From Takakia lepidozioides (Eukaryota > Plantae > Bryophyta), in the NCBI GenBank assembly GCA_030704615.1, contig CM060733.1:31496001-31560000 (forward strand): a stretch of 64,000 nt of DNA, in the 5' to 3' direction. The stretch's first letter is position 1; every line of letters starts with the position of its first letter. This document shows positions 61,461-64,000 of the stretch, in pieces. The notes under the pieces are model-generated. The model saw only the letters and a program-made list of their open reading frames with translations. It was not told the DNA's origin and did no database searches. A program made the position numbers and the translations under genes.

Positions 61461-61644
61461 TGCAATAAAATGTTGCATTTCAAGTCCACTGGTGCCACAT
61501 TCCAACTTCACATGAGCCTATTTCCGTGCCTCCTAACCCTATTTCCGTGGACTTACAATGGTCTGCTCATGTTTTTTTTTTTTCCGCTCATGCTCATGCC
61601 GCTCATGCTCATGCCGCTCATGAAATAGCAGCCCCCGGTGTGGG

Positions 61645-64000
61645 TATCCGAGGTGGTAGGGGTAGGGTTGGGAGATGCTTGGACCAATGACGGTTCCGCG
61701 GTTTGGTTTGTTGAGGTTGAGGGATTATATCCAGGTATCGGACTAACTGCGGCGAGTGTGGATTTGAGGATGTCAGTGGAGAGGAAGGGGAATTTGTGGG
61801 TGGCCTCGGTAAGGTCGGAAACAGGAGCGAGCATGTCGGAACCACAAATTCGTGAAGCCCATTGAGCTTGATTTTTGCTGCACATGCAGCAGTGGGCATC
61901 CCTGCAGATCAGCATGACTTGCCGTGGGGGTAGCTGCACAGATTACACCAAACAATTTGTGGAAAGAATGGATATCCGGAGCTATAGGCGTTACAGATGA
62001 AGCAATATGCTTACTAAGTTGTAGAGTAGAATTATTGTAGTTAGCTAGCATAAGCGTGGTGGCCGACAATCGATCAGAAGAAATCAGATGGTGCAGGGTA
62101 AGGTACTGCCTCATAATCTCCAGCAATTTGTGCAATGATGCGGTGGGTAATTGGTTAGTAGCCTTTGGGCAGCGTCGAGCCGAGACGGTGTCCCGCGCGA
62201 ACACCAGAAGCTCCTCTTGCTGTGCTGGTAGAGGAGGGAAGAACAACAATGCGTTGTTGGAGCTATGCTTCAGCTGACAAAGATTGAGAAGTCTTGTACC
62301 AGGGTAAGTGAATTGTGGTACCATGAGTGGCGACTGACAGAGGGCAACTTGCCCAAGGTGCTGGTCTTGAGTCACAACACTGCACCTGTGGGGGCAGGGG
62401 CATGGATAGCTAAAGGAGTAGGGATAGAGTGCAATGCTGGTGAATTGGCCATGAGTGGTCCGGTTGGTGAGAGAATGCCGGCAGGGGTACCCCATCAACC
62501 TGAAGATAAAAGTACAACAGTTGGTCAGGCTTGAGATCATGTGCAGCAAGGCATTGTAAAGTGGAGAGTACATACCTGGGAATGGGTTTGCATTAACATG
62601 ATACGACATTGAATAGGTGTGGGCAGGCTGATTGCAGTGGCACGCTTTGATGTGGTAGATGCGTGGGGTTTCGGGATAAATCTGTAAAACACAACACTTT
62701 ATATCAGTGGGGGTGGGGGTAGATACAATAATGGTGGGAAAGTGATCAACATCTGTTGCTTGGTAGGGCAGCATCATAGCCTCAAAGGCGTGCTGCTAAG
62801 CCCATGTGTGAGATACAGCAGCAGAAAATAAAGAGTAAGCACGAACATGTGACAGGGTGTGTGACTAGTAATTAGAGAGACATTGAATGGTCAAAAAAAT
62901 GGGTAGGGAATAGTGAGAAGAATCATTTAGTGAAGGGCAGGGCCAACAACAAAGAGTATCGAGCCGTATGTCATCTGTTGTGGCAGCATGGTAGGGAGAG
63001 CAATTATGGCAAATGTGGCATGAAGTATGTGTACACGAGAATCGCCAGTGGGTGAACGAGACACAGAAAGAACCAATCCGGACTTGAAGGGCAACATGTA
63101 GATTATAGGTTTGCAAAAAGAAAGAGGGGGTTGAAGCGCGTAGGTAGTGTCGCATACCGTTCGGTCTTGGAAGAAGGTTGAGGGTAGAGTGGGTATGAGA
63201 ATGTATCTGTGCAACCAGGGCCTTAGCTGCGCTGGAGGGCGACTTCCGATCGCCAACACGCCACCGTTCACCAGGGTTTGAAGAAGGCCAAAGCAATCGT
63301 TGTCTTCCATCAGCTCGGTCTGCCAGCCCGTTGGCCACCATGCAGAACTGTCTAGATTCATTTCTCTAGGAGCCACCGGCTGTAAGAGTGTGCCCATTCG
63401 AATCAAGTTGTCGAAATGCAGGGTTGGGTTTCGCTCCACCAGGTACTGAGCAGCTTGAGGATGGTTGCGATGCCCGAGACTCCACGGGGGCTCTTGAGGT
63501 CAACTATGCGACAGTTGCATCTTGCCTGAGCAATGTCGTAGCAGGAGCTGCACACATCGCTTGCAAGGGTTGACAAGGGGGGAAGAGATGATAAACCGGG
63601 CATTTAAAGAGGTCTCGGTTTCTCCAAAATTGCCAAGCTGACCAAGGTCGGCGCATGCTGATCATTCGGGGATCTGATACCTGCGAGCTGCAGTGGTAAG
63701 GACGAGCATTCGGGTGCTTGTAGAGTGCAGTATTGGGGAGCCAAAGTAAAGAACTGTTGGTGTGACAGTTCCTCATAGCAGCTGGCTATGTTCATAGCGG
63801 AGACACTGCTTTTGAGCTGAAAAGTGAAAAACTTCATGGAATCAAGCAAAGTAAAGCTTAACAAAAGCGCTAGAGAGAGGCGGGTAAAGAGTGTGGTGGT
63901 GTCCACGATCAGCGTGAAAGATTCGTTGCGTAGCAACGAGATGAACAGAGGTCTTGGCCATGGTGGCGGCCGTAACTAGATAAGTAGAGTGGACAAGATA
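61645..64000 (-). mobile_element. Upstream part of the same LINE (degenerate)
   Basis: Removing A2 and one TSD joins ...PTPTTSDTHT to CALTITSWNV in frame. Long fragmented minus-strand ORFs lie upstream, and the extent is uncertain. Confidence 0.55.

Larger units (their letters stand above)
53684..61636 (-). mobile_element. MULE subfamily A, internally deleted copy A2 (7.95 kb), complete with an 8-bp TSD
   Basis: Termini are GAGGTTTGCTATTTCATGAGC (53684) and GCTCATGAAATAGCAGCCCCC (61636). The TSD GGTGTGGG occurs at 53676-53683 and 61637-61644. It is a near-identical reverse complement of A1. Confidence 0.95.

Noticed and set aside
16403-61636. One 45-kb transposon with 7-kb TIRs
   Set aside because: A1 and A2 each have their own TSD, and the outer flanks do not match each other.

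Overview
This window is eukaryotic, probably from a land plant (spliceosomal introns, Tat/Ogre-like Ty3/Gypsy, Mutator-like elements, a LINE). It is almost entirely nested transposable elements, and I recognise no host gene. (1) There are four copies or fragments of one Ty3/Gypsy LTR retrotransposon family, all on the minus strand. Each follows the plan LTR, PBS, an extra 231-aa ORF0 that starts inside the LTR, gag with three CCHC knuckles, PR-RT-RH-INT, and a very long extra ORF3. (2) There are five to six Mutator-like (MULE) elements or fragments with short terminal repeats (GGGGGCTGCTATTTCATGAGC / GAGGTTTGCTATTTCATGAGC), 8-9 bp TSDs and a GCM-like Zn finger + DDE + SWIM transposase. They carry arrays of CpG-rich palindromes, up to several kb long, whose sequence differs by subfamily. 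(3) A LINE fragment with an APE endonuclease is present. (4) There is a 500-N scaffold gap. The most notable observation is a multi-exon gene (about 25.9-28.9 kb, minus) encoding a ParB/Sulfiredoxin-fold domain (VWDGNHRMLA). It sits head-to-head with a MULE transposase, and an array of palindromes lies between the two genes and in its introns. This suggests a transposon-borne 'ParB-like protein + cognate palindrome array' module, possibly analogous to VANDAL/VANC anti-silencing or to ParB-parS. The function is inference only. All calls come from reading the sequence by eye.
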